Shown here: piece by piece, positions 12,190-26,639 of the stretch
Position numbering within the stretch: the stretch's first letter is position 1
How the letters are laid out: each line of letters starts with the position of its first letter
The notes under the pieces: model-generated
What the model was told of the DNA's origin: nothing
Databases searched by the model: none
The model's input: only the letters and a program-made list of their open reading frames with translations
NCBI GenBank assembly: GCA_951406725.2
Contig: OX597837.1
Location: 62,001-126,000 of the forward strand
Source of the DNA: Octopus vulgaris
Lineage: Eukaryota
DNA length: 64,000 bases
Reading direction: 5' to 3'
Translations under genes and position numbers: made by a program

Positions 12190-12639
12190 AAAATAAGACA
12201 AGGTAGAAAATGCTATTATATTTTTATCATGAAGAATATTTTAGTACCGTTTCCAGTCTTTGCGACTTTTTCAACTTAGAGTAAAGCATGAAAACAATTA
12301 AATTGTGGAAAAATTAAACGAAATGTTCTTTTAAAAATATTTCCATAGTTTTCAAATGCAAGGGACATTATCCTTTTTTCTGTCTGTCTCTGTCTCTCAT
12401 TTTTACTCTTGTGAGTTCTAGGTAGTTGGCAACAGCTAGTAGTAGTTTGATATGAATTCCTGTCTTTGATTGTTTAAGCAGCAGTAGTAGTAAAGGTGGC
12501 CCTGAAGAAGAAGAAGAAGCAGAAGAAGAAGAAGAAGAAGAAGAAGAAGAAGAAGAAGAAGAAGAAGAAGAAGAAGAAGAAGAAGAAGAAGAATAAAAAT
12601 GCTGGAGTGGTATGATAGTAGCAGGATGTTGGTGGAATC

Positions 12640-15010
12640 CTCTCAAGTGACCTAAAAGTGACTCGTTGTGGTTCTAACAGTAGTGATTGGAATTGTTCTG
12701 AATAAATTCATGTGAAGTGACTGTTTTGAATATATCGTTTTTAATATTTGCATGGGTATTATTCTAAGGCCCTTGTAATAGTGTCATTTGTGGTAGATGC
12801 ATTCAAAAGGGGTTTATATTTTGTGATAAAGAATGACTCTTTACTAATGCGCTGACTACAGGTTGCATCATCCCTGGATTGATAGAAGGGTAAAATTCTG
12901 AAGCTGGGTTGTTTGCTATTGGCGCAAATGTCGATGTGTTCACTGAATGCTATTTTTCTGTATTTCCGAATTTTGATGGGATCTGTGTAGAGCCATCCTT
13001 TGACGTATACTGATTTTGGTTTGGCCTATGTATTGCTCTCGACGCCCAGAACAGGTTCTCCGAAGTACATGTGAAGTTGCTTTTCACTATGAAGCGTTGG
13101 CCCTGTTTGAAAGAGAACTATAATTCCTCAATTAGGTTGACGCATATACCACAGTTAGGTCTTCTGCACTTTTTTACTGATGGCTTCGGTGTTGTTGTTG
13201 AGCGTATTCGCGCTTGTGTTAGGAGACTTTTCATAGATTGGTCTTTTGCTCTTTATGATGGTGTGCGTTTGGAGGATTAAATTCATTTTGTGGTCCCTTT
13301 TTAGTTGGAGGATGGTGTTGAAGGCTTCATTGTTAAGAGGGTTGTGTGTGGAGATGTATGGTAGGGCGTTTGGTTGTAAATCCTTCTTTAATTTGGGATG
13401 TCTGAGTTCGTGGATGTTGAGTTGTAGAGTACATTGAAAACACATATTGATTAGTGATGGTGTGTAGTTCCTGGTAATGAGTGTCTCCTTTAGTTCATGT
13501 GATCGTGTATCTCTGGTGCTTGCATTAGAAACTATAGTACATATCCTTTTTGCTAGATTGAAGGGGATATTCATTCTGCTGTGTCTGGGGTGGCATGAGT
13601 TGAACGGTAGATATTGCTTGGAGTCCGTTGGCTTCTAGTATATATCTGTTTCTATTACGTTGTTAGATTTCTTAATGAGGATGTCGAGGAAGGGAAGTTG
13701 TTGATGGCTATATTCCATCATGAATTGAATGTTTACGTCAAGTCCATTTAGAAGTGCTTGAAATTCTTTAAATCTTTCTATACTTTCATGCCAAAGAATG
13801 AAAGTCATCCAGGTACCGTTTCTAGTTATTTTCTATGTAGAGAATGGGTTACTATCTTTCTAGTACCTTACCATAAAGACTGATTTATAGATATCCCATG
13901 ACTAGGTTAGCAAAGGAGGAGGGCATTCTCGTACCCATCGCAGCCCTGATTTTTGTCGATAGATTTTGTCTTTGAAGACAAAGTAGTTATTTTTCAAGAT
14001 GAATTTTAGCCCTACTATCACGAATTCTTTTTTGATGCGATATGTAAATATACACATACACATAAACGTGTGTGTGCTCATATTCACACACATACATTCA
14101 CACACATACATTCACACACATACATACATTCACACATACATTCACACACATACATTCACATACATTCACACACATACATTCTGCGATATATATTCCTTGG
14201 CGCAATTCTCTAGGCTGTGGGGGATATTAGAATAGAGGTTGACTACATCGAAGGATACTAACAGGGTGTTTTTGTTTATTGTTTCAGGAAGGTGATTGAG
14301 TATATCTAGGTCGTCCCTTATGTAGCTTTTCATATGCTTAAGGAACGGTTCTAAGAGAGTATCTAAAAAGTTACTGAGACGATGGGTTTCGCATGCGGAA
14401 TCTGCTATTATAGGTCTCAATTTGAGGTCATAAGGAGAAAAGACCTTGATTATTATGTCTGTGGCTATCCTGCATGTATTACTTATTTTCTCACTTTTGT
14501 GTATCTTAGGAATACCGTAGAATTGACTGGATTTACTTTTGAAATTGGTCGTATAATCGTGTTCCATGTCGATGAGCCCTTCTCTATAGGTTTAACATGG
14601 ATTTTAGGTTTCTCATTATTTTTTGCTGACTGTAGTGTTGGAAATTTTCATAATATGGTGTGTCTTCTAATATGGATAGTACTAGAGGTATATAGTATAC
14701 CGTGTCCATTAAGAGAACTGCACGCTCTTCATCAGCCCCTTTGATTGTTATTGTTTTATCATTTGTTCAGCTCAGCTCATTCTTTTTTGCTGAAGCTTGG
14801 CTTTTGTTTTTGTTTATGTATATGTTGATATGGGTAATTCGAGATGTGTTCACAGAAATGGTCAAGAATTTTGTTATTACCTTTCGGACTAACGATTCGT
14901 CCTCGTTGTATTTGTCGTATAGCTCCTCAGTGAATCGTAATTTTCTACAGAATTCCGCGATGTCTTCTTTCATTTCGTTGTAGTTGGGGCGTTGGTGGGG
15001 TGGGGGTATT
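12640..15010 (-). mobile_element. Penelope-like retroelement (RT + GIY-YIG), degenerate; interrupted by a microsatellite at ~14045-14180
   Basis: EMKEDIAEFCRKLRF; FYGIPKIHKS..LRPIIA..SFDVVNLYSNIPH; FILKNNYFVFKDKIYRQKSG; RYLDD at ~13805-13820; NIPFNLAKRICTIVS..LPYISTHNP. Endonuclease remnants at 12790-13150. Confidence 0.9.
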
Positions 15011-15060
15011 AACTCGAGCCTTTTTATACACACACACACATGTAAATATAAATATAAATA

Positions 15061-15262
15061 GGGCGAGCTGGCAGAAACGTTAGCATGGCGGGCGAAATGA
15101 TTAGGGGTATTTCGTCTATCTTTACGTTCTGAGTTCAAATTCCGCCGATGTTGACTTTGCCTTTCATTCTTCCGGTGTCGATAAATTAAGTACCAGTTGC
15201 GTACTGAGGTCGGTCTAATCAACTGGCCCCCACACCAAGAATTTCGGGCCTTGTGACTAGAA
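15061..15262 (+). mobile_element. SINE family A, near full length
   Basis: GGCGAGCTGGCAGAAACGTTAGC (A-box-like), GAGTTCAAATTCC (B-box) and central GCCTTTCATTCTTCCGGTGTCGATAAATTAAGTACC. Confidence 0.85.
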
Positions 15263-15336
15263 TATATATATATATGTATGTGTGTGTGTGTGTGTGTGTG
15301 TATGTATATATACAAACATATTTGCTGGAATATATG

Positions 15337-15378
<42 letters not shown>

Positions 15379-15892
15379 ACTGGCTCCTAAACGGATTGTC
15401 GTTGACCGATTCCACTTACAAGGTATTGGTCGACCTCGGGGCGTATAGCGAAAGACAATTGTCCATGGTTCCAAAGAGCCAGGTGCTACGCAGTGAGACC
15501 TGAACTCGAAGCCTCGTGATTGAGAAGCGAATTTCTCTACCGTTTTGTCATGTCTTATTCGTTTGTTAGGACCAACGCGCAACTTTTTTTTAAATTTCAG
15601 CGATGCGCAGCAAATCGTAAAAAAGCGGATTTTTTTATCCTTTGATTCACCGCACCCATCCAGCCATCTTCAATCCCGGAATTCCTGCAGAGAACGGAGC
15701 CAACTCCTTTCCCTTATCTCACACTAAAACACGTAATAAATAAATAAACTGATAAAAAAATAAACAAAGGAAGTCGTCGCAGCTGCTCAAAGACTTTGTT
15801 CAGATTAGAGGAATTTTCTTCTTTCTCCGATTGGAATCTCCTCAAGAATTGGCATTGAAAAAACAAATTAAAATTTGATAAGACTCTTCGAT

Positions 15893-15974
15893 TTAACTCT
15901 TGCATTAAACCAAGATTAACTCTTGTATTAAACCAGGATTATCTCTCTTTTTAAACCAGGATTTAATCTGGATT
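15893..15974. repeat. 23-bp tandem repeat x3 with phased GATTA motifs
   Basis: TTAACTCTTGCATTAAACCAAGA / TTAACTCTTGTATTAAACCAGGA / TTATCTCTCTTTTTAAACCAGGA, then TAATCTGGATTA. Confidence 0.75.
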
Positions 15975-16371
15975 AACGCCCAGCTTTATTTGTTTACTTT
16001 CTTTTTCTTTTTACATGGGAAAATAACATGTGGACACGTGTTAGCATTTGTGTGGGATGTGTGTGTGTATTTGATATAAGACAGAAAAAGAGGAGTGAGA
16101 GAGAGAGCATAGGTGCTTTTATACGTATGCTCTCTCTTGAGTTTGAACGTGTATGAACAAGGAGAGTAAATGTAAGTATGTGCATATATGCGTGTGTGTT
16201 TGTGTGTGTGGGGGTTAAACAGCAGGAAACTCTCAAAACTTAAGTAATTTATATAATCAAAGCGCAGCAATAAACGCACACATATGTACGTGTATTCATA
16301 CAGAATGTATGTGTGTGAATATGAGTACACACACACACACGTTTATGTGTATGTGTATATTTATATATGTA

Positions 16372-16471
<100 letters not shown>

Positions 16472-16590
16472 GAAAATAGTAAAAAGTGAAAAAACTACAG
16501 AAGGCTTGTTTTAAAAGGTTAAAAAATATATATTTGAGTCATTATGTCTGAAGAATGTTATAAATTTTTTTCATACAATGACAGTTTTTG

Positions 16591-16630
16591 AAGGAATGAC
16601 CGGTTTCGCATTCAGCTTTTCAAATTTCTT
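16591..16630 (-). ncRNA. Minimal hammerhead ribozyme, U3-A8 variant (left arm of the PLE)
   Basis: AAGAAAT-TTGAAAA-GC(TGAAT)GC-GAAAC(CG)GTC-ATTCCTT. Confidence 0.7.
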
Positions 16631-16711
16631 ACATCGTTGAGAAGTGTGAAGGAGAGTTCCAGATAAGGGGAGGTAATAAGTGATTTCTTCCGGTGTAAGG
16701 GAGATAATCGC

Positions 16712-18218
16712 TTAATATTTCTTGCCTTTTTTTTGGAGTGAGTTTCTCTGTATAAGAATGTTGGAATGGTTAAGTTTGGGCTTGTATTTTTCAATGAAGA
16801 ATGTTTCCTTGCTTAGTCTAATTTGTGTTGGTGTTCCGATAGCACATTGGTAAAATGGAAAGATTAAAAATTGTGGTAGTAGTTGCTTTGCGCATTTCTC
16901 AATGTGCTCACTAAAGGGTATCATTCTGTATTCTGGGAATGCAATCTTGTTGTCGATGCAGTGTGCATCTACGTCTGAGTGATAGTCCCGTGGACCCCAC
17001 GTAGTTTTGGTGGTAGCCCGAGCATTTTATGACATAAATTATGTTTTCAGAGGCACAAGTAAAATTAGATTTGATCATGAATTTCTGTTCCTCTTTGAAG
17101 AGGAATTCTGATCCTTCTAGCAGGTTTGGACATGTTGCATAGTTCGGTTTACCACATTTTTTTACTTTTGCATCCGTAATTTCAGAAAACAATTTTGCCT
17201 TTGTGAGAATCTTTTTAAGTGATTTAGGTTGTTTGTAGCTTTTAATGATTTGGTGTATGTTTAGAATTTCCTTTAATTTGGGGTCCTTATGAAGTATTGG
17301 TAAATTCTGAGTGATGATGGTGAAGGCTTCTTTGTTTCTGGGGTTGTATGTGGATATGTAAGGTAGTATTTTCGGGGAAGGTGTGTTGTTGTGTTGAACT
17401 TTTCTCAAAGTTTCTATGTTGATTTCTGTTGCACGTCTGATACCATCCTCTATGATTTGAGCTGGGTAATGTCTGACAATTAGGGTGTTTTTGAGTTCTT
17501 GTAGTCTAAAGTTCCTGGTATTTTGTTTTGACACTATTGTGCATATCCTTCTTGCAAGGTTGAAGGGGATGTTTGTTTTAGTGTGTCTTGGGTGGCATGA
17601 ATCAAAAAGTAGGTATTGTTTGGCGTCTGTGGCTTTGTAAAAAATGTCTGTTTCTATTTTAAGGTTAATTTTTTAAATTACTATATCCAAGAATGGGAGC
17701 TCCTTTTTGTTGTATTCCATTGTGAACTGTATATTTGGGTTTATGCTGTTCAATAGGTTTTTGAATTTTAGGAGTTTATCTGTGTTTTCATTCCAGAGTA
17801 TAAAACAATCGTCCAGGAATCGTTTCCAATTCTCTTTTATGTATTGAGAGAGGGGGTTTCCAAAGATTGATAAAGATTCCTGGTAAATGATTATTTCCAT
17901 GTATCCCATTGTTAAGTTCGCAATGACTGGTGCTGCCCTTGTACCCATAGTAATTCCGGATTTTTGACGGTAAAATGTATTGTCAAACATGAAGTGGTTA
18001 TTATGTAGGATGAATTCAATTGATTTAGTAATGAATTCTTTACTGATCCTTTTTGGTATTTCTTCCGGAAATTGGTCCAGCCAGAACTGTATTGCCTCTA
18101 GTCCATAATTATGAGGTATACTGGTATATAAGTTAACTACATCAAATGAAACCATGATTGTTACTTCCTTGGCTCTTTTTGGAAGGTGGTTTAACATATC
18201 TAAGTCATCTCTGATATG
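16712..18218 (-). pseudogene. PLE RT-GIY-YIG ORF fragment with one in-frame stop (17673-17675) and one frameshift (~16945)
   Basis: ORFs 17673-18299, 16911-17534 and 16712-16924. The frame continues through the TAA (LDIVI*KINLKIETDIF). Confidence 0.9.
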
Positions 18219-18715
18219 GCTAGAAGGATCAGAATTCCTCTTCAAAGAGGAACAGAAATTCAAGATCAAATCTAATTTTACTTGTGCCTCTGAAAACATA
18301 ATTTATGTCATAAAATGCTCGGGCTGCCACCAAAACTACGTGGGGTCCACGGAACTATCACTCAGATGTAGATGCACACTGCATTCCCAGATTGCATTCC
18401 CAGAATACAGAATGATACCCTTTAGTGAGCACATTGAGAAATGCGCAAAGCAACTACTACCACAATTTTTAATCTTTCCATTTTACCAATGTGCTATCGG
18501 AACACCAACACAAATTAGACTAAGCAAGGAAACATTCTTCATTGAAAAATACAAGCCCAAACTTAACCATTCCAACATTCTTATACAGAGAAACTCACTC
18601 CAAAAAAAAGGCAAGAAATATTAAGCGATTATCTCCCTTACACCGGAAGAAATCACTTATTACCTCCCCTTATCTGGAACTGTCCTTCACACTTCTCAAC
18701 GTAAACATAACGATG

Positions 18716-18757
18716 TAAGAAATTTGAAAAGCTGAACGCGAAACCGGTCATTTCTTA
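18716..18757 (+). ncRNA. Minimal hammerhead ribozyme, U3-A8 variant (right arm of the PLE)
   Basis: TAAGAAAT-TTGAAAA-GC(TGAAC)GC-GAAAC(CG)GTC-ATTTCTTA. Perfect 8-bp stem I, palindromic ACCGGT stem III, located 3' of the PLE stop codon. Confidence 0.8.
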
Positions 18758-18916
18758 AAAAACTATGTCATTGTATGAAAAAAATTTATAACATTCTTCA
18801 GACAATGACTCAAATATATATTTTTTTAACCTTTTAAAACAAGCCTTCTGTAGTTTTTTCACTTTTGACTATTTTCTATATATTCAACTACGTGCTTTCA
18901 CACACCAACTTTCTCA

Positions 18917-19006
<90 letters not shown>

Positions 19007-19308
19007 GGCAGTGCCCCAGCATGGCCACAGCTCGTGAGCTGAAACTAGATAAAATAAAATAAAAAATAAATACATATATATAAATTAAATTAGAGATAAA
19101 AGCACTATTAGTCAACTCAAACAGTGATAGACATAAACCAAAACATAAAAAACAAAGAATAAATATAATTAATATAATATATAATATATATATAAAATAT
19201 AAAATTTGAAATTTATATTTTTAAATTTAAAAATTTTTAAACTTAAAATTTTTTTTATAAAACTAACCAAAAAGTATAAAAAAGTTAAATATAATATAAT
19301 AAGTAAAA

Positions 19309-19407
19309 ACACTACGTACGTTTCATGGCTATAATTCAATTCGAATTACAATTAAGTTTAAATTCAATTAAAAATTCGAATTAAAATTATAGTCAATCTT
19401 CAGGTTA
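19309..19407 (-). ncRNA. Hammerhead-like motif with long AT-rich stem II in a PLE-terminus remnant
   Basis: AAC-CTGAAGA-T-TGACTATAAT...ATTATAGCCA-T-GAAAC(GTAC)GTA-GT. Confidence 0.6.
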
Positions 19408-19462
19408 ATGATAATAGTTAAATAAATAAGCAACGTTTCCCGTAAACGAAATTAAAGGACAT

Positions 19463-19527
<65 letters not shown>

Positions 19528-19699
19528 TGTATTCACGGAGATGACAGATTAGGAAGAAGGTACTCAAAGTAAAAGCTTTGAGAGTCAAGACATATGATTA
19601 ATAATAATGAGTTCGACAAAATATATTTTGTTTCGCATTAGGTTGCATATGTATATAGTTACATGTGAGTGTATGTATACTGCCGGTGCAACATGCTTG

Positions 19700-20950
19700 G
19701 ATGGCATCACCACCATATTGGAAACAAAAAGAGATGTGAAATCCTTCCTAACTCTGTTGAAGAATTTATTTTAGTCATATCGACTGCTTACCAAAGGCCT
19801 TACCTGCTCAAATGTCGCAGTCTGCCCATAGCGTAGAGTTAGACCAAGGAATTAGTGCAAAAAGGATTCCAGCCATTAGGGACCAGGCAATTTAGCCCTT
19901 GGTCGTATCTCGTTACTCCTTCAACGTTAGCCGGACGGGTATTTTGAAGCTGAGACCAAGTTGAGCCTGTCCATATCACTCTTTTCGAAGATCTTTCAAA
20001 TTGATGACAGGATCCTGTGGATATAGATATCATTGGAATGCATTTCCTCAATAAGCCAATAAAACACCTCCCAAATGTTGGCACCAATGATAATTCTATA
20101 AATGCATTATGGGATATTGTCTTTTCGTAAGAAGAACGCTTATACTGCCTTCTTTCTTTAAAGTCTGGTATTAAAATACTCTTGGACTGATCTGGTTTAA
20201 TTCCCTGGTATTTCATCTCAGATAATATTTTTCAGCCACCCTGGTATTATACTCTGGTATTATTCACTTTAGCCACTCTCTATCTTTGTTCATATAAACT
20301 ACAGTAGAGTTTCGCCAATATCCAGATATTTCTGGTACTCATTGTGTAAAAGAGAAGATAAAGATCATTGATTTAAAGATTTTTTGGTTTAGGAAGCAGT
20401 TTTCCTGCGTTCAACTAGCAAGGCATAAACACATCTTTTGGCAAAATTCCATTCTTATATCAGCTAACTGAAAATGTTATTAAATCCAGCTGTTTCCGAG
20501 TTTCTCAGAATATTTCCAGTGGAAATTGTAAGATCATCAACAAAGAAATTATGGGTTACATTCATGTTCCTTATTGTTGTACATCCAAACATATAAATAC
20601 AGGATTTTTGCAACAGAAATGGCAGCGGGAATCGTGCCAAAATCTATAAAAGCACAGAATATTGGAATATTTCTTGTGAAAGATTGATAAAATCAGAGAC
20701 AATCGTCCTGTTTTCAGTTGCGAGAAGAAAGAGATTTGATCAAATGTTTATAAATATTTCCATGGTTACAACAAAAGCATCAGGTTATGTCAAGTTGTTC
20801 CCACACCATTTCTGAATTTATTTTTACCAATCTTGTTTCATCCCCTCCCACTCTTAGGTTCTCCGTGCTCCCACAGCGAACTGCTTTGGAATTTAACATA
20901 GCTTTAGCTTTCACATCACTGGCGTTCGTAATCCTGGTGACGTCCACTTC
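19700..20950 (-). mobile_element. Degenerate R4/Dong-like non-LTR retrotransposon RT fragment
   Basis: Across frameshifts: THNFFVDDL (catalytic DD), QLDLITF..DIRMEF, VERRK, YQKYLD, EYNTRV and KTISHNAF..LVPTFG, in the order expected for RLE-type LINE RTs. Confidence 0.55.
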
Positions 20951-21409
20951 TACCCGGGATATGGACATTGCTGGCTCTCATGGTGCTCGTCTACCTTTAG
21001 GTTTTCCTTTTTTTTAAACTCTGCTAGGTACCCACACACCCTTCTTACTCTGTAAACTCGATAGGGGGAGCAGTTTAGTCGCCGACCACTCGACCATAAG
21101 CAGGTATCATAGTAGATTACATGGTTACTAATTATAGATTTTTGCCAGAATGCTATGAAATTGGTCCTGACTTGACATATAAGGAACAGGTTTGGCAACC
21201 TATTTTCAAATCGAACCACAAATACGGTTTCCATTGGTTTATAAACTTGCTGATACTATCCGTCAATATTAACTTTTGACAGAAGTGTCCGTTTTTTTTC
21301 TGTGATTGACTAGGGGTTTGAACAACAAGGCATAAAGCCTGACACATATCACAAGGCTCCACCCTTCCCACCGCCCGATGCTCAAAAAATTCCCCTTGTC
21401 TAACAGCAT

Positions 21410-21700
21410 GGATTGGTACTTTTTATCAACCGCGGAAGAAGAAAATGCGAAGTTGACTTTGGATAGATTGAAACTGAACTCTCAGAAGGCTGGAACAAAA
21501 AAATGATTTCAAATTTTGGCGTATGACAGCAATTTCGGGGAGAGGATACGTCGATTATATTGACCCAGTACTCAACTGGTACTTATTTTATCGACCCGAC
21601 TGGATGAAAGGCAAAGTCAGCCTCGGCGGCAGAACGTAAAGTTGAAAGAAAAACCACTATGCATTTTCCCGGCGCTGTAACGTCTCTGCTACCTTGAAAT
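21410..21700 (-). mobile_element. SINE family A copies (diverged)
   Basis: CTGGTACTTATTTTATCGACCCGACTGGATGAAAGGCAAAGTC. Confidence 0.75.
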
Positions 21701-21924
21701 ATATAATGTAAAGTATTTTCTTGAAAACCCTTCATATTCTACCATTTCACTGCAAGAACTTTGACCAAATGCAGTGATTCCATCAACCATGAGTGGGGAA
21801 TAGAATCAAACATATGCTTTCGGCATATCTTCCCAGCTCCACTGTTCCGTCTCTTTACACATCAGCCACTTCATTCTTGGACTCGAAATGGTCTTCGAGA
21901 AAACAGACTTTATTCTGTTAATCT

Positions 21925-22117
21925 TTTACTTGTTTCAATCATTAGATAGCGGCCACGGTGGAGCTTCGCATTGAAGGGTTTAGCCGAATAAATCGACGCT
22001 AGCAATTATTTTTAACCTTGGTACTTGTTCTATCAGTTCACGCTAAGTTACAGAGTCATAAACAAACCAACGGCGGTTGATGAGCGGTAGTAGGGGACAA
22101 ACAGAAAACCAAAAACC

Positions 22118-22156
<39 letters not shown>

Positions 22157-22483
22157 TATACGACGGGTTTCTTTCAGTTATCGTCTACTATACCCACTCA
22201 CAGGTTTTTGGTCGGCCCATGGCTACAGAAGAAGAAACTTACCACGCAGTGAGACTGAACACGGAACTATGTGGGTAGGAGGCAAATTCACACTCTATTT
22301 TGGCATGGCTGTGTGGTAAGAAGTTTGCTTACCAGCCACATGTTCTGTGTTCATTCCCACTGCATGGTACCTTGGGCAAGTATTGTCTACTATAGCCCAG
22401 GGCCGACCAAAGTTTTGTGAGTAGATTTGGTAGACAGAAACTGAAAGAAACCTGCCGCTTTCACCCTCTCTCTCTCTCTCTCT

Positions 22484-22547
<64 letters not shown>

Positions 22548-22920
22548 AACCACATGGTTCCAGGTTCATTCCTACTGCGTGGCACCTTGGGCATGTGTCT
22601 TCCACTATAGCTTCGGGCCGACCAGACCAAAGCCTTGTGAGTGGATTTGGTAGACGGAAACTGAAAGAAGCCCGTTATATATATGTATGTATATATATAT
22701 ATCTATGTGTGTGTAAATATATGTTTGTGTGTCTATGTTTGTCTCCCCAACATCTCTTGAGAACCGATGGTGGTGTGTAACGTCCCCGTAATTTAGAGGT
22801 TCGGCAAAATACCCCGATAGAATAAGTACTGGGCTTACAAAGAATAAGTCCTGGGGTCGATTTGCTCGACTAAAGGCGGTGCTCCAGCATGGCCGCAGTC
22901 AAATGACTGAAACAAGTAAG
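21925..22920. mobile_element. Cluster of SINE family B copies (- at 21925-22290; + at 22300-22455 and 22550-22920)
   Basis: GGCTGTGTGGTAAG..GGCACCTTGGGCAAGTGTC..GGATTTGGTAGACGGAAACTGAAAGAAGCCCG..GCTCCAGCATGGCCGCAGTCAAATGACTGAAAC. Confidence 0.85.
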
Positions 22921-22927
22921 TAAATAA

Positions 22928-23024
<97 letters not shown>

Positions 23025-23197
23025 TGTGTGTGCTGCTAGTCGTCGCCATTGTATTCTCATATTCCCACTTAGCAATGCCATGTGCCAAGCCATAACCATT
23101 CGTTTCCTCAACCAAATCAATTCCAGTCAGTTTTAGTCGTAACAATATTTACAATATCCAATAACCAATATCGAATTCATAACTTCACCGTAACCTT

Positions 23198-23284
<87 letters not shown>

Positions 23285-23666
23285 ATAGATAGAAATTTAC
23301 CCGCTCCCACTTCGTTCTTTTTTTTATATTCATAAGAAATTAACACGTCAACAAGATGACAGCTTGGGATGGGTCGGACAACGAGACAAAGATACAAAAT
23401 GACTTATTTCAACCAATATGGCCGTCATTTCCCTCTTCATTCTCCTTTCGGCGGACAGATTTAGTTTTTACTTTAACTTTTTTGTTGTTTGAGATAAAGA
23501 ATGTCTGTGTTTATATTTTTCATTGTGTTTGTGTCTTTCATTTTATCCGTCTTATATTTTTTTGATCGCTATCTATTGTTTGCTTGTTTGTTTGTTTCCA
23601 AGGTTGGTTTGTTACTCGGAAAATAGGCTTGATCGAATATATATATTCTAACACCCACACCCACAC

Positions 23667-23788
<122 letters not shown>

Positions 23789-23848
23789 ATATATGTATAT
23801 ATGTATACATATGTATATATATACATACATAGATATATATACATACAT

Positions 23849-23905
<57 letters not shown>

Positions 23906-24012
23906 TTGTTTGGTTCGTATACAGAAATATATATTTTTACCATACAATTATTGACTCTAAGACATCTATCTGTCTGTGTATCTGTCTGTCTGTCTATCTA
24001 TCTGGCTGTCTG

Positions 24013-24157
<145 letters not shown>

Positions 24158-24598
24158 TACACACATAAACATACATATATGTATGTGTATCTGTGTAAAT
24201 ATTTGTAGTGTGTGTATATATATTTGTAGTGTGTGAAAATAAGATGTCTATTACATAACATGAATACATATTTATGAGCATCTCGCTACACACACATGCT
24301 CGTATATATATATATATAGATGTGTGCATATGTGCTTACATGTGTGTCTGTGTGCTTGTGTGTACGTTTGCCTGTGTGTATGTGTGTGTATGTGTGCTTA
24401 TGCCAATATTTCTTTGTATATACACACTCAATTAGAATTATGAATATAAGGAAGAATATGGCAATATCATAAAAAGAAAACACAAGACGTCGATGAAATC
24501 GAATGACAAAAACCAGAAAGATTTTTGGTCTAAAGTCCATTAACTGATGAATATTATTTGACTGATGGTTTTGGTGTTGTGTAGTTGGATTAATAATA

Positions 24599-24636
<38 letters not shown>

Positions 24637-24807
24637 AATAATGATGATGATGATGATGATGATGATAATAATAATGATGATGATGATGATGATTATGAAG
24701 ATATAAGTTGTTGGCCGTAAAATGGTCCAAGACATTGAGGACAACATAAGGAAGAAAAACAAACACAGAGTGAGATTTACATCAAATAAAATGTTTTATA
24801 TTCATGC

Positions 24808-24851
<44 letters not shown>

Positions 24852-24927
24852 ATATATATATGTATACATACATGTATATATATTTATACATAACATGTTA
24901 CTACTCAATATATATATACATATACAT

Positions 24928-24989
<62 letters not shown>

Positions 24990-24991
<2 letters not shown>

Positions 24992-25154
24992 TTTTTACTC
25001 TTTTACTCTTTTACTCTTTTACTTGTTTCAGTCATTTGACTGTGGCCATGCTGGAGCACCGCCTTTAGTCGAGCAAATCGACCCTGGGACTTATTCTTTT
25101 GTAAGCCCAGTACTTCTTCTATCGGTCTCTTTTTGCCGAACCGCTAAGTGACGG

Positions 25155-25198
<44 letters not shown>

Positions 25199-25550
25199 CT
25201 ATTTTGGCATGGCTGTGTGGTAAGAAGCTTGATTACCAACCACATGGTTCCGGATTCAATCCAACTGCATGGCATCTTGGGCAAGAGTCTTCTACTATAG
25301 TCCACGGTCGACCAACAATCGGTTGTCAAGCAATGATGGGGGGACAGACATACACACACACACACACACATACACACATATTTATATGATGGGCTTTTTT
25401 CAGTTTCCGTCTACCAAATCCACTCACAAAGCTTTGGTCGGCCCGTGGCTATAGTAGAAGACACTTGCATAAGGTACCACGCAGTGGAACTGAACCCGGA
25501 ACCATGTGGTTGGTAAGCAAGCTACTTACCACACAGCCACTCCTGTGCCT
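24990..25550. mobile_element. SINE family B (- strand) interrupted by a TA run and a + strand 5' fragment of the same family
   Basis: Tail 24990-25153 (-), fragment 25205-25315 (+) and head 25315-25550 (-). Confidence 0.8.
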
Positions 25551-25989
25551 ACACACACACACGCACACACACACACACACGCACACACACACACAAACAC
25601 ACATATACGTACATATATATATATACATACACACATATATAGATATGTATATATATATATGCATATATGTGTGTGTGTGTGTGCATATATGTGTGCGTAC
25701 GCGCGTATGTAAAATGAAGGAACACGGAGAGCTTTTTTGACGACAGAAAAAAAGGATTGAATTTAATTCCGTGTAAATATCTCAGGGACAAAGACCCAAC
25801 TGCAGAACTAAACAAAGAATTATCTTTCTATTCAGATAGCGGCCATGCTGGTTGTGGAATGGACCGCAGAAGTAGAAATTGCAGGTACCAGTAGGACAAT
25901 TGGTATCGGTGTCTGTTTGAGCGATGGTAGTAGCATCTGAACGATCAGTGATCATAGTTTAGTTGTGATGGTAGGCTTTGAGCCTGAAA

Positions 25990-26160
25990 TACATGAAGGG
26001 CGGGTGTGCTGACAAGTTCCTGGTCTTTGGGTAAAAGAAAATACAGGAGGATCTGTTTAATAAGGATTTTATTTAGCATATTCCCCTCCCAAGATTCACA
26101 TACTTATTGCAGTGATCCTTCATTATTTCTAAGCCCTGTAAAAGAATTCGGAATATTAGA
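25990..26160 (-). mobile_element. mariner 3'-end remnant
   Basis: TIR-like GGGTGTGCTGACAAGTTCC. The - strand gives an HCNKYVNLGRGI-like decayed transposase C-terminus. Confidence 0.5.
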
Positions 26161-26639
26161 CCTTCGCGATACCCTTAAAGCCAGGAGCCTCTCATACAAG
26201 GTTATTAAATTTTGTAAGAATCTCTTCGTCGTTAGTCATTTTACTTCTTTATCCCGATGCTTCGAGCAAATCTCAACGATGTTTTGTTATTTATATTCTC
26301 AACTAATCCGTTGTAGAATTCGAGAGTTGTTTTAAATTTGGTGGCGTTGTCCACTCTGTGCGGTGCTGAGAGAGCTGGCAAAAGTCTAGATGTCATTTGC
26401 TCAATCTTGTTTTGTGTTTGACTCTAAGATTGCTCGGTCAACGAAATAAACTACGGAAACGCGTATCATAGCAGAGGTGCAACAATTAGCACCACATCTT
26501 CTTGGTGGTTGGCATGACGACGATGACGTTGATACAGATGCTTTTAAAGGTGAATCGGCATCAGTGCGAACCTGTGTTTTAACAACTGGACATTGGTACG
26601 GCCAAGGCTTAGCAAAATAATTACACCCCCCATCACACA

